Source: the human T2T-CHM13v2.0 reference genome, Homo sapiens. From it: 64,000 nucleotides of DNA. The notes below the pieces were generated by a model. That model was not told the origin of the DNA, made no database searches, and saw nothing but the letters and a program-made list of their open reading frames with translations. Positions 1 through 21,592 of the stretch are shown here, in pieces; within the stretch, counting starts at the first letter, position 1, and each line of letters begins with the position of its first letter. The stretch lies in the NCBI RefSeq assembly GCF_009914755.1, contig NC_060931.1; one strand, written 5' to 3'. A program made the translations under genes and the position numbers.

Positions 1-33
1 CTGGAATTACAGGCATGAGTCAATGAGCCCAGC
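1..33 (-). mobile_element. Alu 5' end, cut by window edge
   Basis: ctggaattacaggcatgag...cccagc is the reverse complement of the Alu head. Confidence 0.8.
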
Positions 34-510
34 TAACTAGTAGGTTTTTTTCTTATACCTACCCCTGAGATCTTGCTATACCTGGGGTAATGGGTAGAAG
101 TCAACAGGTAAGGCTCCCTCTGCATGAGGAACCTATCACTCTTTGTCCTTCCAGTCCTGGGAAATCCAGCTCTTTCCAGATCAGCCCACAGCTTTCTCTC
201 CTGCCCTTGGTATTCCAGCCTTCTTGGATGGTGTGGCTTGATGCTTCTTGGACTTTCAAATACAGCATCAGTTCTTTAATGTCCCCTTGGGACATGGAAA
301 TCCAGAGTGCAAACCTTCAGACCACTAAATCCTGTCCATCTTTAATCCTTGGTGATAAGACTGCACCCTGACAATCAGAGGCAGCCCATTTCCCAGGTGG
401 GCTGTCCTGATGCACAGCTGGATTCACACTGATAGGCAGAAGCACATGCCATTGACTTGCACCCCTCTTCCACTTAATGGGTATTCATGGTTTATTTAAA
501 CGTGTTTAGG

Positions 511-822
511 GATCATGTCCTTTGCAGGAACGTGGAGGCCATTATCCTTAGTAAACCGATGCAGGATCAGAAAACCAAGTACCACATGTTCTTACTTATA
601 AATGATGAGGACACATGGACACATAGAAGGGAACAACACACACTGGGGTCTATCAGAGGGTGAAGGGTGGGAGGAGGGAGAGGATCAGGAAAAATAACTA
701 ATGGGTACTAGGCTTAATAACTGGATGATGAAATAGTCTGTACAACAAACCCCCATGACACAAGTTCACCTAACAAACCTGCACATATACCCCTGAACTT
801 AAAATAAAAGCTAAAAAAAAAA
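511..822 (+). mobile_element. L1PA13-16-like 3' end fragment with A tail
   Basis: ggatcaggaaaaataactaatgggtactaggcttaata...cctgaacttaaaataaaag plus poly(A). Confidence 0.85.
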
Positions 823-883
823 TGTCCAATCTAAATATCACCTGTTAGAAAATGTTGGGGCCTAATTAAAGAGAGTGCTGGTT

Positions 884-1183
<300 letters not shown>

Positions 1184-2330
1184 GTGTTGGTCAAGGGCAA
1201 TAAGGTACTAAGGGCTGGGGACAGGGGAACAGAACTGGAAAAAAAAAAAAAAAAAAAAAAAACCCACTCTGTGCTCCTAACTGTGATTCAGCCGTAACAT
1301 TTTAATATAAAATGAAGACAGTATGGGGAAACTGGAGAGAGGAGAGGATAAAAAGGCAGTGTGAGAGTGGAAGGGGCCACCCTGGTGATGATTGGTGGGG
1401 GAAAGGACCCAATATCCCAGGCCACCTGTTACTGGAAACAGTTTCATGAACTTTTACACCAGATTGCTCCTTGCCTGCAGTGCCCCTCCCTGAGAAACTG
1501 AGCAGCCCCCATAATCCACAGCATCTAGAACCCAGTGTGGAGCATGTGTTGTGTCCAGTGTCAGCACTGTGGCATTTACTGATCCCTGATGGTAGTAATT
1601 TGCAGAGCCCTGAGGTTCTGGTGCCTTTGCCTCTCAGTGCTAGTAGTTTAGGTGGAAATACAAATGTAACAAGGTAGTTTCATAGAAAAGCAAATCAAAC
1701 TCCCTCAGAACTAACAGATTCACTCTTAAGAAATTAGGGCAAATATAATACTGAATTGCTCTTGTCATATATGTGGGTGAATTCACCTAAGATTATGTTT
1801 GGTGCCTCATTTTTCTTTTAAAGATTATGAATTCAGTGCTCTTGGAATTTGCAAGTATTTATCACATTTTAGGAGATCTCATAGGTTGTTAACCTTTTGC
1901 ACAGCTGGTATAATGCTGCAAAACAAGCAACATACCTTTCTGAGACCATCACAACAGAAGATTCCGTGAGACATTATGATGTGTGTTAGAGAACACACAC
2001 TGCCTTTATGCAGCATTTATAATTTAGAAAGAGCTTTTGTGTAGGTTATTTCACATACCCCTCACTGCAACCCTAAGAAGAAGTTGTTGTTTTTTCTCAT
2101 CTTACCTTCCCAAGGTAAATTTCCATGTCTTTTTGGAACTTTTTAGTGGATGGAAGAAAGTAATTGCAGCTGTCTCTGTCAAAAACATTTATCTTAAATT
2201 ATCCAAAAGAAAAAAGGCATTTTTGTGCTTTTTGGTGTCTTAAGTGTACATTGAATGTGTTTATATTTTCTTTTGCAAACTATTATGAGGGCTTTGACAG
2301 TGATGGACAAGGTAGAAATTCCCATCTCCA

Positions 2331-2331
<1 letters not shown>

Positions 2332-2362
<31 letters not shown>
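2332..2362. repeat. (TG)n microsatellite
   Basis: About 15 TG units. Confidence 0.95.
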
Positions 2363-2364
<2 letters not shown>

Positions 2365-2744
2365 CTGGTTCTGTTTCTGTTTCTCTGAAGCACCATTCCC
2401 ACTTATGTTAAAGATTGCATTCTTTCTCTCCCGCTCAAATCCACCTCAAAACTCACTGTGTACATGAGGCCTTCTCTATACCGCCTCTGTAATCTAATAT
2501 TCTCTTCCCTTGGCCATCGCATGCAATGACATGTGTGTAAGTTGTGATTACAAAATAACGAGGCTGGTTTTGTGTGTGTCTTAAGGAAACCAGTCTTATT
2601 TCTTGGTAGTCACATATGGCACATGTCATAACTAGCTGGGTAAGTACATGTTTATGTGTGTATTTCATCTATGTTCATTTCTATTTCCATTTAACTATTG
2701 GCTTCTTGACCCAAGAGAAAAATGCGCTAACTTTTGAATAATGT

Positions 2745-2915
2745 GACAGCCTTGCCATCTACTGGGTAACCTTACAAAAGCCACTTACCTGCTATGAGAT
2801 GCCATTTCCTCTTCTGTAAAGTACATACAGAGAAATAATAATACCTATCTTACAATGTCATTGTGTCAGATGCACATGAAACTTCTTTGTAAATGATTGA
2901 CTACAGAACAAATGT
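2745..2915 (+). mobile_element. MIR fragment
   Basis: Degenerate core tttcctcttctgtaaa...ataataatacctatcttaca. Confidence 0.55.
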
Positions 2916-3068
2916 TGTCGCTATGTCAGTGATGGTAGGCAGGGAGTGAGGAAGGACTCAGGCCCTCAGCTGTACTTCTTTATATTCAAGAACAGCAGCT
3001 CTCCTTTGGGCGATCATCAGCATCCCTGTATCACCAAGAACCTTCAGATACCTGAAAAGTGGTTAATT

Positions 3069-7040
<3,972 letters not shown>

Positions 7041-7506
7041 TTTGTGAGGTTTACGAGGCCACCTGGTGAACTGGAATGCTATTTGTTCTGTTCATTAGCT
7101 GGACAAGCTGCAGTGAGTTAGCAAAACCCACTCTGGGATTGGGTAGGATTTTCTGAGGGCTGTAGTTTGAAAAATTAAGAGCAATCTGTAAGGTGAGGAT
7201 CCAAGGGTGATGCTGAAGCCCAAATCACCCAGAGTCCAACTTGATGATCCATCTGAAGGATTTGAAGAGAGTGAGGATCATGGCAGTAGCCCACATTAGG
7301 GGGAGACCCAGCTTACTACCCCACTGAACATAAATCTGAGAAAAGTGAAATAATGAGTCAAAGGAGGTGTGGCCATGTAAGAAAGTAGTGTCTGTGGTCT
7401 GTGATAGTTTATTGGCAGATGAGTTCCTTCTGTCATTGCTATTGATCAAGCTTAGAAAGAGCCTTTGCTCTCATAGCCATCATCTCCATTCCCATATTCA
7501 AAAGGA

Positions 7507-8052
7507 CCTTCCTTTTTTTCCTTCCTCCCTTCCTTTCTTCTTTCCTTTCTCCCTTCCTTTCTTCCTTCCTTCTTTGTTTCCTCCCTCCATTCCTTCCTTC
7601 CTTCGTTCCTTCCTTCCTCCCTTCCTTCCTTCCTCCCTTCCTCCCTCCGTCCCTCCCTTCCTCCCTTCCTTCCTCCCGTTCTCCCTCCCTTCCTCCCTTC
7701 CTTCCTCCCTCCGTCCCTCTCTTCCTCCCTCCGTCCCTCCCTTCCTCCCTTCCTTCCTCCCTCCGTCCCTCTCTTCCTCCCTCCGTCCCTCCCTTCCTCC
7801 CTTCCTTCCTCCCGTTCTCCCTCTCTTCCTCCCTTCCTTCCTCCCGTTCTCCCTCTCTTCCTCCCTTCCTTCCTCCGTCCGTCCCTCCCTTCCTCCCTTC
7901 TTTACTTCTTATCTTCCTTTTCCCTGCCTTCTTTACTTTCTCTCTCCCTTCCTTCCTTTCTTTCATTTTTCTCTTCCTTCCTTCCTCTCTTCCTCCCTGC
8001 TTCCTTCCCTTCCTCCCTTCCCATCCCTTCTTCCCTTCTTTTGCCTTCTTCC
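7507..8052. repeat. ~545-bp CT-rich (CCTT/CCTC/CCGT) low-complexity tract
   Basis: Almost pure pyrimidine on + strand. Confidence 0.95.
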
Positions 8053-8064
8053 CATTTCCTCACT

Positions 8065-8235
8065 TATTTATTTATCTACCCATCCTATATTTGTTGAATT
8101 CTTATCATGTATGTAGGATATTGATTTGATTTTTCAATATCAGCAGACATTTCCTGATCAGACCCTGCTGCAGACACTAGAACAATATGGGCCTGGTCCC
8201 TGTCCTTATAGAATTAATATTCTAGTAGTGAGATC
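8065..8235 (-). mobile_element. L2 3' end fragment
   Basis: atttgttgaattcttatcatgt...ggtccctgtccttatagaattaatattctagt pattern. Confidence 0.55.
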
Positions 8236-8368
8236 TTCTGGTCTACTTGTACTGATGGGATAAGGTCAGTGTATCCCTAGCCCTCTTACTACTACCTTCT
8301 TTCTTTGAGTAGAAAATGGGCTAATGGAATGTGGAAATCCCCAGTATTACTGACTTCCAATATACTGA

Positions 8369-8678
<310 letters not shown>

Positions 8679-9824
8679 CTTTATTTCCTATTCCTAAGGT
8701 CACTGGAGGTTTCCTCTAGAACCTAAATAATTTGTCTTTGTTAGGAAGAAATGCCCAAGAATATTATTTTTTACTCTTCAATCTGAACAAAATCTGCTAA
8801 CATCACATTTCTTGATTGCTACTCCAATCATTTATAAATATACAATTCTTTCTATAAATGTGATCATAATTTAATATGAATTTAGATAATTTAATAAAAT
8901 ATCCAATTTACTCATTTTCTCATTCCTTGCTTATACAATTCTTTGTTGCTTTATTTCTTCTCTCTTCCTATCTTAAATGGTACTTTTCTGAATGACTCCC
9001 AAAGCACATTAATTTGAACATCTCTAAGAGAATCTTAGAGAACTGTAAATGTAATTTTAATCAGCCTTACTTCATAAACACTTAAACATTTTTCTTTGCA
9101 GGTTTGAGTAAAAAAAAAGTGCACAGCTCTTTTCTTACTGTTGCAAAAAATATATAACCAACCCTATCAGTGAGAGGTTTTTATTTTTGCAACACTCATG
9201 TATAGGTTACAGATGTCTAAGTGTCTAAGTTCTTTTGCGTTACTTGCCAGATATTGTTATACTTCAGTCTCCCTCCCTGATAGTAACCCAATGCTCTTTG
9301 CATGGTTGGCTCCCTGGAAAGCATACATGAAGGCTATGCTGACTTAGTTAAGGCTTCTTGCTCTGGATTTGCTATTGTGACTAGGTTTTTCCTTCTAGAA
9401 GAAGCTTGACTTCCTTTACCTCCATCATATCTGTTTCTGCAACCAGCTCCTCCAACACCTTTACCCCTGAAGCAAGCCAAGTCACTGAGAGCCAATTCTC
9501 CAGAAAGAAAAATTGCTGAATGACCAATTCATTGAGAGACAATTTAGCAAATATGTGTGTACAGCAGACAAGGCCAGTACAATCCTGTAAGTACTAACTG
9601 TATGAAGGGGAAATGAGAAAGTGGACCTGTGGTGACAAAGTATTAGGCACTTGCATCCACCAAGCACCATTTCCTTTCAATACTCTTAGGACCCAGGTCA
9701 GCTCAGGGAAGAGGCTGCTTGTCCAAGTATCACACAGCTTAGGAATGTCTATTTTGATTTCAGAAGAAAAATGCCTTCTTTTACTCAGGTGCATTTTTCA
9801 GTATTAACACATCAATGTGAATCT

Positions 9825-9873
9825 TTTTTATTTTATTTTATTTTGAGCCAGAGTCTTGCTCTGTCACCCAGGG
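9825..9873 (-). mobile_element. Extremely 5'-truncated Alu with 14-bp TSD
   Basis: (ttta)-type tail plus gagccagagtcttgctctgtcacccagg between atcaatgtgaatct (9811-9824) and atcaacgtgaatct (9874-9887). Confidence 0.85.
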
Positions 9874-9970
9874 ATCAACGTGAATCTCGAGAGAAGACAT
9901 TTGATTTCCAGTATCTTTGCCCTCTGCTCTTCGTGTCTAATTTGAACTCAGGATCCTCACGGCTCTAAAC

Positions 9971-10193
9971 AAAGCTTGTCCAACCCACAGCCTGCCGGCC
10001 ACATGTGGTTGAGGACAGCTTTGAATGCAGCACAACACAAATTCATAAACTTTCTTAAAACATGAGATTTTTTTTGCAATGTATTTTTTTAGCTCATCAG
10101 CTATTGTTAATGTTCGTGTATTTTATGTGTGGCCCAAGACAATTATTCTTCTTCCAGTGTGGCCCAGGAAAGCCAAAATATTGGACACCCCTG
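9971..10193 (-). mobile_element. MER30 hAT-Charlie MITE with 8-bp TSD
   Basis: Ends aagcttgtccaacc...ttggacacccctg; TSD ctctaaac at 9963-9970 and 10194-10201. Confidence 0.9.
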
Positions 10194-10749
10194 CTCTAAA
10201 CTGTTTCATTTTCAATATGTCTTTTGTCATAAAAAAGCTTCAGTTAGGTTCATAGGGGCACAGATCAGCATCTCAAAGCTGTTCTTCTGCTCTTCATGAG
10301 GCCAATTCCCAATATCCCTTTTTCTAAGCATTATATGACCCTCAGATACCACAGTCTGCTGCAGTTTCCCAGTCTCTTGGCGATGTCACACACTGGTCTT
10401 CCTGAGATGAGATACTCCGCTTTGTTCATAGATGGTTTCCCAACATCTAGTGTGGTTGTCTGACCGCCTGCATGGCTTCAATAAATTTTGCTGAACCTAC
10501 GAATGAGTAAAAGTGAATGGACAAAGGAATGATTTGTGATGTACTAGAACCCTTCCTCCAAAGTCGTCCTTTGATTCCTTTCTTCATTGTTGTTTCCAAC
10601 TGGTAGGTGGGCAGGGAATAGATTATATAATGACTATCTTACTGTATCTCTAGTCCTCCTAAAATTAGCATCATATTCCTTCTTGTGATAAATTTGTTCT
10701 TCTAAGAATAGATTTATTGTCTGAGCCATTTAATTAAATCTTTGTTTTC

Positions 10750-11840
10750 CCCCTGCTTCTCTTGTTCCTTTTCAGTCTCCTTTCTCTTTTTCTTTCCAAT
10801 TTCTTGATATTGGAGGATCTGAGGGCTCAGTTCTTTGTCCTTCCCTTTCTTTCTTTTCCCTTCCCTTCTCTCCTTTTTCCTTTTCTTCCTTTCCCTTCCA
10901 TTATTTCCCTATCTACACTCACTTCTTCCAAAACTGAAATACTGATTGTTGCCCTAAATCTTACTCTTATTTGATGCCAACTCTGTATCTGCAGTTATCA
11001 GGCCAAAAACTTTGTACTCTTTTCTCTCCCAACCCAATATCCAATCTGTCAAAAACTTCTACTGGCCCTACCTTCAAATTATTCTGGAATCCAGAATCTG
11101 CCCACTATCCTGGTCTACTCTTCCATTATTTGTCACCTAGATCACGGCAGCCACCTCTTAAGTGGTCTCTTTGGTTCTACCCCTGCCCCTATAGGCTATT
11201 TGCAAACACAGAAGACAGAATGATCAATTGCAAACCTAGGTCAGATCATGAGCCCCCTCTGCTCAAATACCTGCAATTGCTTCCATGTTGCTCAGTGTCT
11301 TTCAGTTTCCTGCAAAGTCCTCCATGATCTTGTTCCTTTGGTGTCTCTGATCTCATTCCTACTACTCCTCTTCCTACCTCAGCTCCACTGACACTGGCAA
11401 GTGATTGTACCTCTAACCCACCAGCACTCCTGCCTTAGAGCCATTGCACTAACTGTTTCTTCTTTCTGGAACACTCTTTCCCCAGATAGCCACATGGCTG
11501 ACTCCCTTTCCTCCTTCAACTATTAACTCACATTTTACCACCTCTATGCTGTCTGCCCTGAAACCCTAATTTATACTGCAACCTGTATCTCCTACTCTGT
11601 GTCCTTCCTTGGCCCTCCCTAGCCCCTTTTCCCTGCTCTGCTTTTTCTTTTTTGAAAAATTCGTATCACCCTCTAATGCATTAGGCTATTTGCTTATCTA
11701 TTATGCTTGTTGTTGGTCTTCCCCTGTTAGACTATAAATCCTCCAAAGGCAGAAATCATTGTTACTCCCTGATGTATTCATTATTTTATACAATGCTAGG
11801 CACATAGTAGTGCTCAGTTAATACTTGTTGAATGAATGAA
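10750..11840 (+). mobile_element. L2 (L2a-like) 3' portion
   Basis: Pyrimidine-rich L2 body ending ggcacatagtagtgctcagttaatacttgttgaatgaatgaa. Confidence 0.8.
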
Positions 11841-11849
11841 GGAACAGGG

Positions 11850-12015
11850 GGAAGTATAGTTTAGAGCACTGTCATGTGGGCAAGTCACATGTCTTCTCTG
11901 AGTCATTTTCTTATCTGTAGAGATAATAGTAATCAAGTCCTAGGTTATTGAAAAGATTAAAGGGGTTAGTTGACATCAATTTCCTGGAATATATTAAGTG
12001 CTCAGTAAGTGTCAA
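11850..12015 (+). mobile_element. MIR fragment
   Basis: gggcaagtcac...tctctgagtcattttcttatctgtagagat core. Confidence 0.6.
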
Positions 12016-13086
12016 TATTATATTTTTATTTGCTAAATCAAGACAATGCTAGAACAAATGTTATCCGCATAAGATATCACATTTTTAGTAAGATATTAAT
12101 AGGTAAGAAGCACAGTGACATTTTAATTTTTCCTCAAGTCCCAATCTTCTACCTCATATTTAAGTTCTATGTTATCAAAATACAATATATTTTCTTACCC
12201 TTTCTTAAATTATTAAATTAAAAAACAAGGAAAATAAATGTATAGATTATTATAAGGCAAACCTCCTTGTCACCACTCCCCAAGTTGGGACATGGAACTT
12301 TTCCAGTCACTCCAGAAGCCCTTCCATGAGCCCCATCCTACTCTCCCTCCCTCCAAAGGTAACCATCATTCTGACTCTGTAGTAACCAATTCCTTATATT
12401 CCTTTTTGGTTTTATTGCACAAGTGTGCATCCTTAGATTCTAGTTTAGTCTTATCTATTTTAAAATAAATAATATATATTTACAGTATCTTTTAATCTAC
12501 AGGTTCTCCACCCAGCCTTTTCTTTTCTTTACAAGTTCCTGTTAAAGGACTCTGTTTAGACTGTAGCATCTCCCACAATTTGGGTTTTGCCAGTTGCATG
12601 CTTATGGTGCCATTCATCATGTTCTTCTGTCCCTGAATTTCCTGCAATTGGCAGTTGGATCCAGAAGTTTGTTCAGATTCAGGGTCTGTTCCTTTAGCAA
12701 GGCAGTAAGTAGTGGTATTTATTTTTCATTAAAAGGTAGATAACATCTGTTTTTCTCTTTTTGTGATGTTCTTCTAGCAGAAGTTTCCTACACCCATAGG
12801 CGCCTATAGGGCCATACAGATATCCAGCTCTGAAAAGTAAAAACAAGCTTATTTTCTGAACAGTTTATCAGGTACTGTGTCCTTTCAGTGGCTGGAAGAT
12901 TTTAACACTAAGAGGATTTGTAGCCAGAAATTTAAAAGAAGCTAGCAGAAGAAATTTCTTACACCTACTGTTATTATATTAGCTGTTGTTCAATACCTAG
13001 TTCAATTAATATGCTGGGGATTGAAAACTGATGATTTTGTAATTCTATCATTTCATTTTCTTTTATTAGCTGGAATAATACTATAA

Positions 13087-13452
<366 letters not shown>

Positions 13453-16191
13453 AATTCTTTTTTCAAGATAATGAATTGGCTCCCTTTTATTCTCTGAAGG
13501 TGACCAGTTAATATTAAATTATCATTTATGGTCATTATGATCTTCATTTAAGCATATTTGAAGGATACCACCCACCGCATTTTTTATCCTTATTGAAATT
13601 CATATTATCTTACCTTTGGCTAATGGAAGCCTTTTCAAGTTGGCATCTGTGTCCTTTAACATGACCTGTGGAGTCTTTCATAGCTGTCTTTCTGTCTGTT
13701 ATGACAAGATAATCCATGATTTCTTGTGCTTTCCCTGTCCCAGACCTGGAATCAGTCTTTTCTTCAAGAAATCTGGGTTTCTTTAAGTGAGAAATGGTAG
13801 TGCAAGAACACATTGTTGTTACCAGGGATGTTCATTACTATTGGGGTGGTTGTCATTTCTAGGTCTTTTATGTGGATAGATAAAATAGTTCATAAATTCA
13901 GTTAGTATTTCCAATTCAAATTCAGGACTTTCAAGATTTTTACTTAAGTTTTTTTCTATTATGTATTTCTCTTTCTTCCACACTGAGAACCCTAATTCTG
14001 AAAGACACAGGAGATGATACAATCTCCCATTAAATTACTCCGTTGATTTATCCCATCTTACACACAGAACAGTCTCAGAATAACAGTACTAATACCACCA
14101 GCACCCATAATGAAAACCAAAAAATAGTTAAAAACATTTTATACAAATGTTCTCCCCCCCATTATTTATGGATTCATAGCTACACTATCAAAGCATAGTC
14201 ATTGAATACTCTCCTTTTGTCTTAGTTCTCAAGTATGTACATACTTAATACTCATCATTAGACCATAGGTCAACACTGCTCTAGTTTTTTGTTGTCTAAG
14301 CTTATTCTTTACTAGATACAAGAGGGATTATGGGAACAATATTTCCTGAGTTCTTGTATGTGGATAACAGTGTGTGATACACTTGTACTTTATACTGGAA
14401 TTGTAGTTTTTATCATTACCCTGTTTCCTTGTTTTGTTTATTTTGTCAAGGATGCCTGTTGTCTGTATGTTGAGTCTTCTTTATCTTAAATATTCATCAT
14501 TTTCTCTTGAGTCCTTTTTTACCTGTATTCATTTCTTTTTTATTTAAAATTTTTTAGCCTGCTCACATTCTATTTTTCTTAAACCATTGTTTGTTATGTT
14601 TATTCACTCTTGTATTTCTTCTAGTTTAGTTTTCGTTTCTGAGGTGGGTTTTTTTGTTTATTTCTAATTCTTTCCTGAGTTCTGCCACCTAGTTCATGAG
14701 TTTTTAAAATTGTAATTTATCTGTTCCTTGATGTTTTGTGTCATTTTCTTAATGTCTTTCGTTTATTCTGAATTAGTAGATTGCAGATTTTTTTTCTGGT
14801 TTTATATGAAAGCTTTCATTGTCTGTTAGAATGTTACTCTCCTCCTTTTTCTCTCACAATAACTTTGGGATTCCACTAGATACTTTCTGTTGCTCATTTT
14901 TATGTGAAATTAGTTTTCTCAGACTTTTAGAAGGGAGCACAATCCCTTCAAATAGTATCAAAATACATGACAGCTTTCTTCCTGGGATTTCCTGGCTCTG
15001 TTCTTCTCTGACCCCACCCCTTTGGTCTAGGCCTTCTCTTTCTTTTGTTTCTGTTTGATCCATTCTAATACATTTTTATTCCACTCCCATCACCTTCTCT
15101 GAGTGCGGAGCCTGTCTTAGCAAGGGGCCCCAGGGGGTCAGTTTCAAGAATTCACGGTTGACCCAGCTCCTTTAGAAGTTCCTATGACTTCTGGAGGTTC
15201 CAAGATGGCTGAATAGGAACAGCTCCAGTCTGCAGCTCCCAGCATGAGCGACACAGAAGATGGGTGATTTCTGCATTTCCAACTGAGGTACCAGGTTCAT
15301 CTTGCTGGGGCTTGTCAGACAGTGGGTGCAGCCCACAGAGCAGAGTGGGGCATCGCCTCACCCGGGAAGCGCAAGGAGTCGGGGAATTCCCTTTCCTAGC
15401 AAAGGGAAGCCATGACAGATGGTACCTGGAAAATTGGGACACTCCCACACTAATACTGCACTTTTCCAACGGCCTTAGCAAATGGCACACCAGGAGATTA
15501 TATCCTGTGCCTGGCTCGGAGGGTCCCACACCCATGCAGCCTCGCTGACTGCTAGCACAGCAGTCTGAGATCGACCTGCAAGGTGGCAGCGAGGCTGGGG
15601 GAGGGGCATCCGCCATTGCTGAGGCTTGAGTAGGTAAACAAAGAGGCTGGGAAGCTCGAACTGGGTGGAGCCCACCACAGCTCAAGGAGGCCTGCCTGCC
15701 TCTGTAGACTCCACCTCTGGGAGCAGGACATAGCTGAATAAAAGGCAGAAGAAACTTCTGCAGACTTAAACGTCCCTGTCTGACAGCTTTGAAGAGAGTA
15801 GTGGTTTTCCCAGCACAGAGTTTGAGATCTGAGAACAGACAGACTGCCTCCTCAAGTGGGTCCCTGACCCCCGAGTAGCCTAACTGGGAGGCACCTCCCA
15901 GTAGGGGCCAACTGACACCTCATACAGCCGGATGCCCCTCTGAGACGAAGCTTCCAGAGGAAGGATTAGGCAGCAACATCTGCTGTTCTGCAATAGTTGC
16001 TGTTCTGCAGCCTCCACTGGTGATACCCAGGCAAACACGGTCTGGAGTGGACCTCCAGCAAACTCTGACAGACCTGCAGCTGAGGGTTCTGACTGTTAGA
16101 AGGAAAACTAACAAACAGAAAGGACATCCACACCAAAACCCCATCTGTATGTCACCATCATCAAAGACCAAAGGTCGATAAAACCACAAAG

Positions 16192-17227
16192 ATGGGGAGA
16201 AACCAGAGCAGAAAAGCTGAAAATTCTAAAAATCAGAGCACCTTTTCTCCTCCAAAGGAACGCAGCTCCTTGCCAGCAATGGAACAAAGCTGGACGGAGA
16301 ATGACTTTGACGAGAGAAGAAGGCTTCAGATGATCGGTAATAACAAACTTCTCCAAGCTAAAGGAGGATGCTGGAACCCATTGCAAAGAAGCTAAAAACC
16401 TTGATGAAAGATTAGACGAATGGCTAACTAGAATAAACAGTGTAGAGAAGTTCTTAAATGACCTGATGGAGCTGAAAACCATGGCACAAGAACTACATTA
16501 TGCATGCACAAGCTTCAGTAGCCAATTTGATCAACTGGAAGAAAGGGTATCAGTGATTGAAAATCAAATGAATGAAATGAAGCGAGAAGAGAAGTTTAGA
16601 GAAAAAAGAGTAAAAAGAAATGAACAAAGCCTCCAAAAAATATGGGACTATGTGAAAAGACCAAATCTACGTCTGACTGGTGTACCTGAAAGTGACTGGG
16701 AGAATGGAACCAAGTTGGAAAACAGTCTGCAGGATATTATCCAGGAGAACTTCCCCAACCTAGCGAGGCAGGCCAACATTCATATTCAGGAAATACAGAG
16801 AATGCCACAAAGATACTCCTCTAGAAGAGCAACTCCAAGACACTTAATTGTCAGATTCACCAAATTTGAAATGACGGAAAAAATGGTAAGGGCAGCCAGA
16901 GAGAAAGGTCAGGTTACCCACAAAGGGAAGCCCATCAGAATAACAGCGGATATCTCAGCAGAAACTCTACAAGCCAGAAGAGAGTGGGGGCCAATATTCA
17001 ACATTCTTAAAGAAAAGAATTTTCAACCCAGAATTTCATATCCAGCCAAACTAAGCTTCATAAGTGAAGGAGAAATAAAATCCTTTACAGACAAACAAAT
17101 GCTAAGAGATTTTGTCACCACCAGGCCTACCTTACAAGAGCTCCTGAAGGAAGCACTAAAATGGAAAGGAACAACCAGTACCAGCCACTGCAAAAACATG
17201 CCAAATTGTAAAGACCATCGATGCTAG
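16192..17227 (+). pseudogene. Disrupted L1 ORF1p
   Basis: MGRNQSRK... start; WDYVKRPNLRL and YPAKLSF motifs spread across two frames. Confidence 0.9.
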
Positions 17228-17274
17228 GAAGAAACTGCATCAACTAATGAGCAAAATAACCAGTTAACATCATA

Positions 17275-21100
<3,826 letters not shown>

Positions 21101-21496
21101 ATGAGAACACTTGGACACAGGGTGGGGAACATCACAGGGGTGGGGGGCAGGGGGAGGGATAGCATTAGGAGATATACCTAATGTAAATGACGAGTTAATG
21201 GGTGCAGCACACCAACATGGCACATGTATATATATGTAACAAACCTGCACGTTGTGCACATGTACCCTAGAACTTAAAGTATAATAATAAAAACAAACAA
21301 AAAACAAAACAAAAATAAATAAATAAAAAGTTCCTATGACTTCTTATACTCAAACACTACTGGAATGGGAACAACCCCTCTTCTATTTCAGCTGTGGTTC
21401 CCAGATTGCCCTGCTTTGCTTTTCAGTGAATATTTTTCAGCTGTCTTGGCATTCCCCTGTTTCCAGGTCTTTCAGTCACCATGCTGCTTCCTTCAG

Positions 21497-21592
21497 CTTC
21501 CTTCTGCATAAACACTCACATCATGCAGGTGTTGTGGCTATCATCTGACTTCCTCCTGCATAGATACTGATACCATGCAGGTGTTGTGGTTA
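21497..21592. repeat. Degenerate ~51-bp tandem duplication inside the old L1M
   Basis: cttccYYctgcata...catgcaggtgttgtggYtat occurs twice. Confidence 0.7.

Noticed and set aside
35-500. Coding-looking stretch (similar ones at ~7050-7490 and ~27900-29200)
   Set aside because: No recognisable protein or splice-consistent frame; probably very old LINE/LTR relics I cannot name
7367-8116. 249-aa (+) and 175-aa (-) ORFs
   Set aside because: Artefacts of the stop-free CT-rich tract; P/S/L/F and G/R/E/K low complexity
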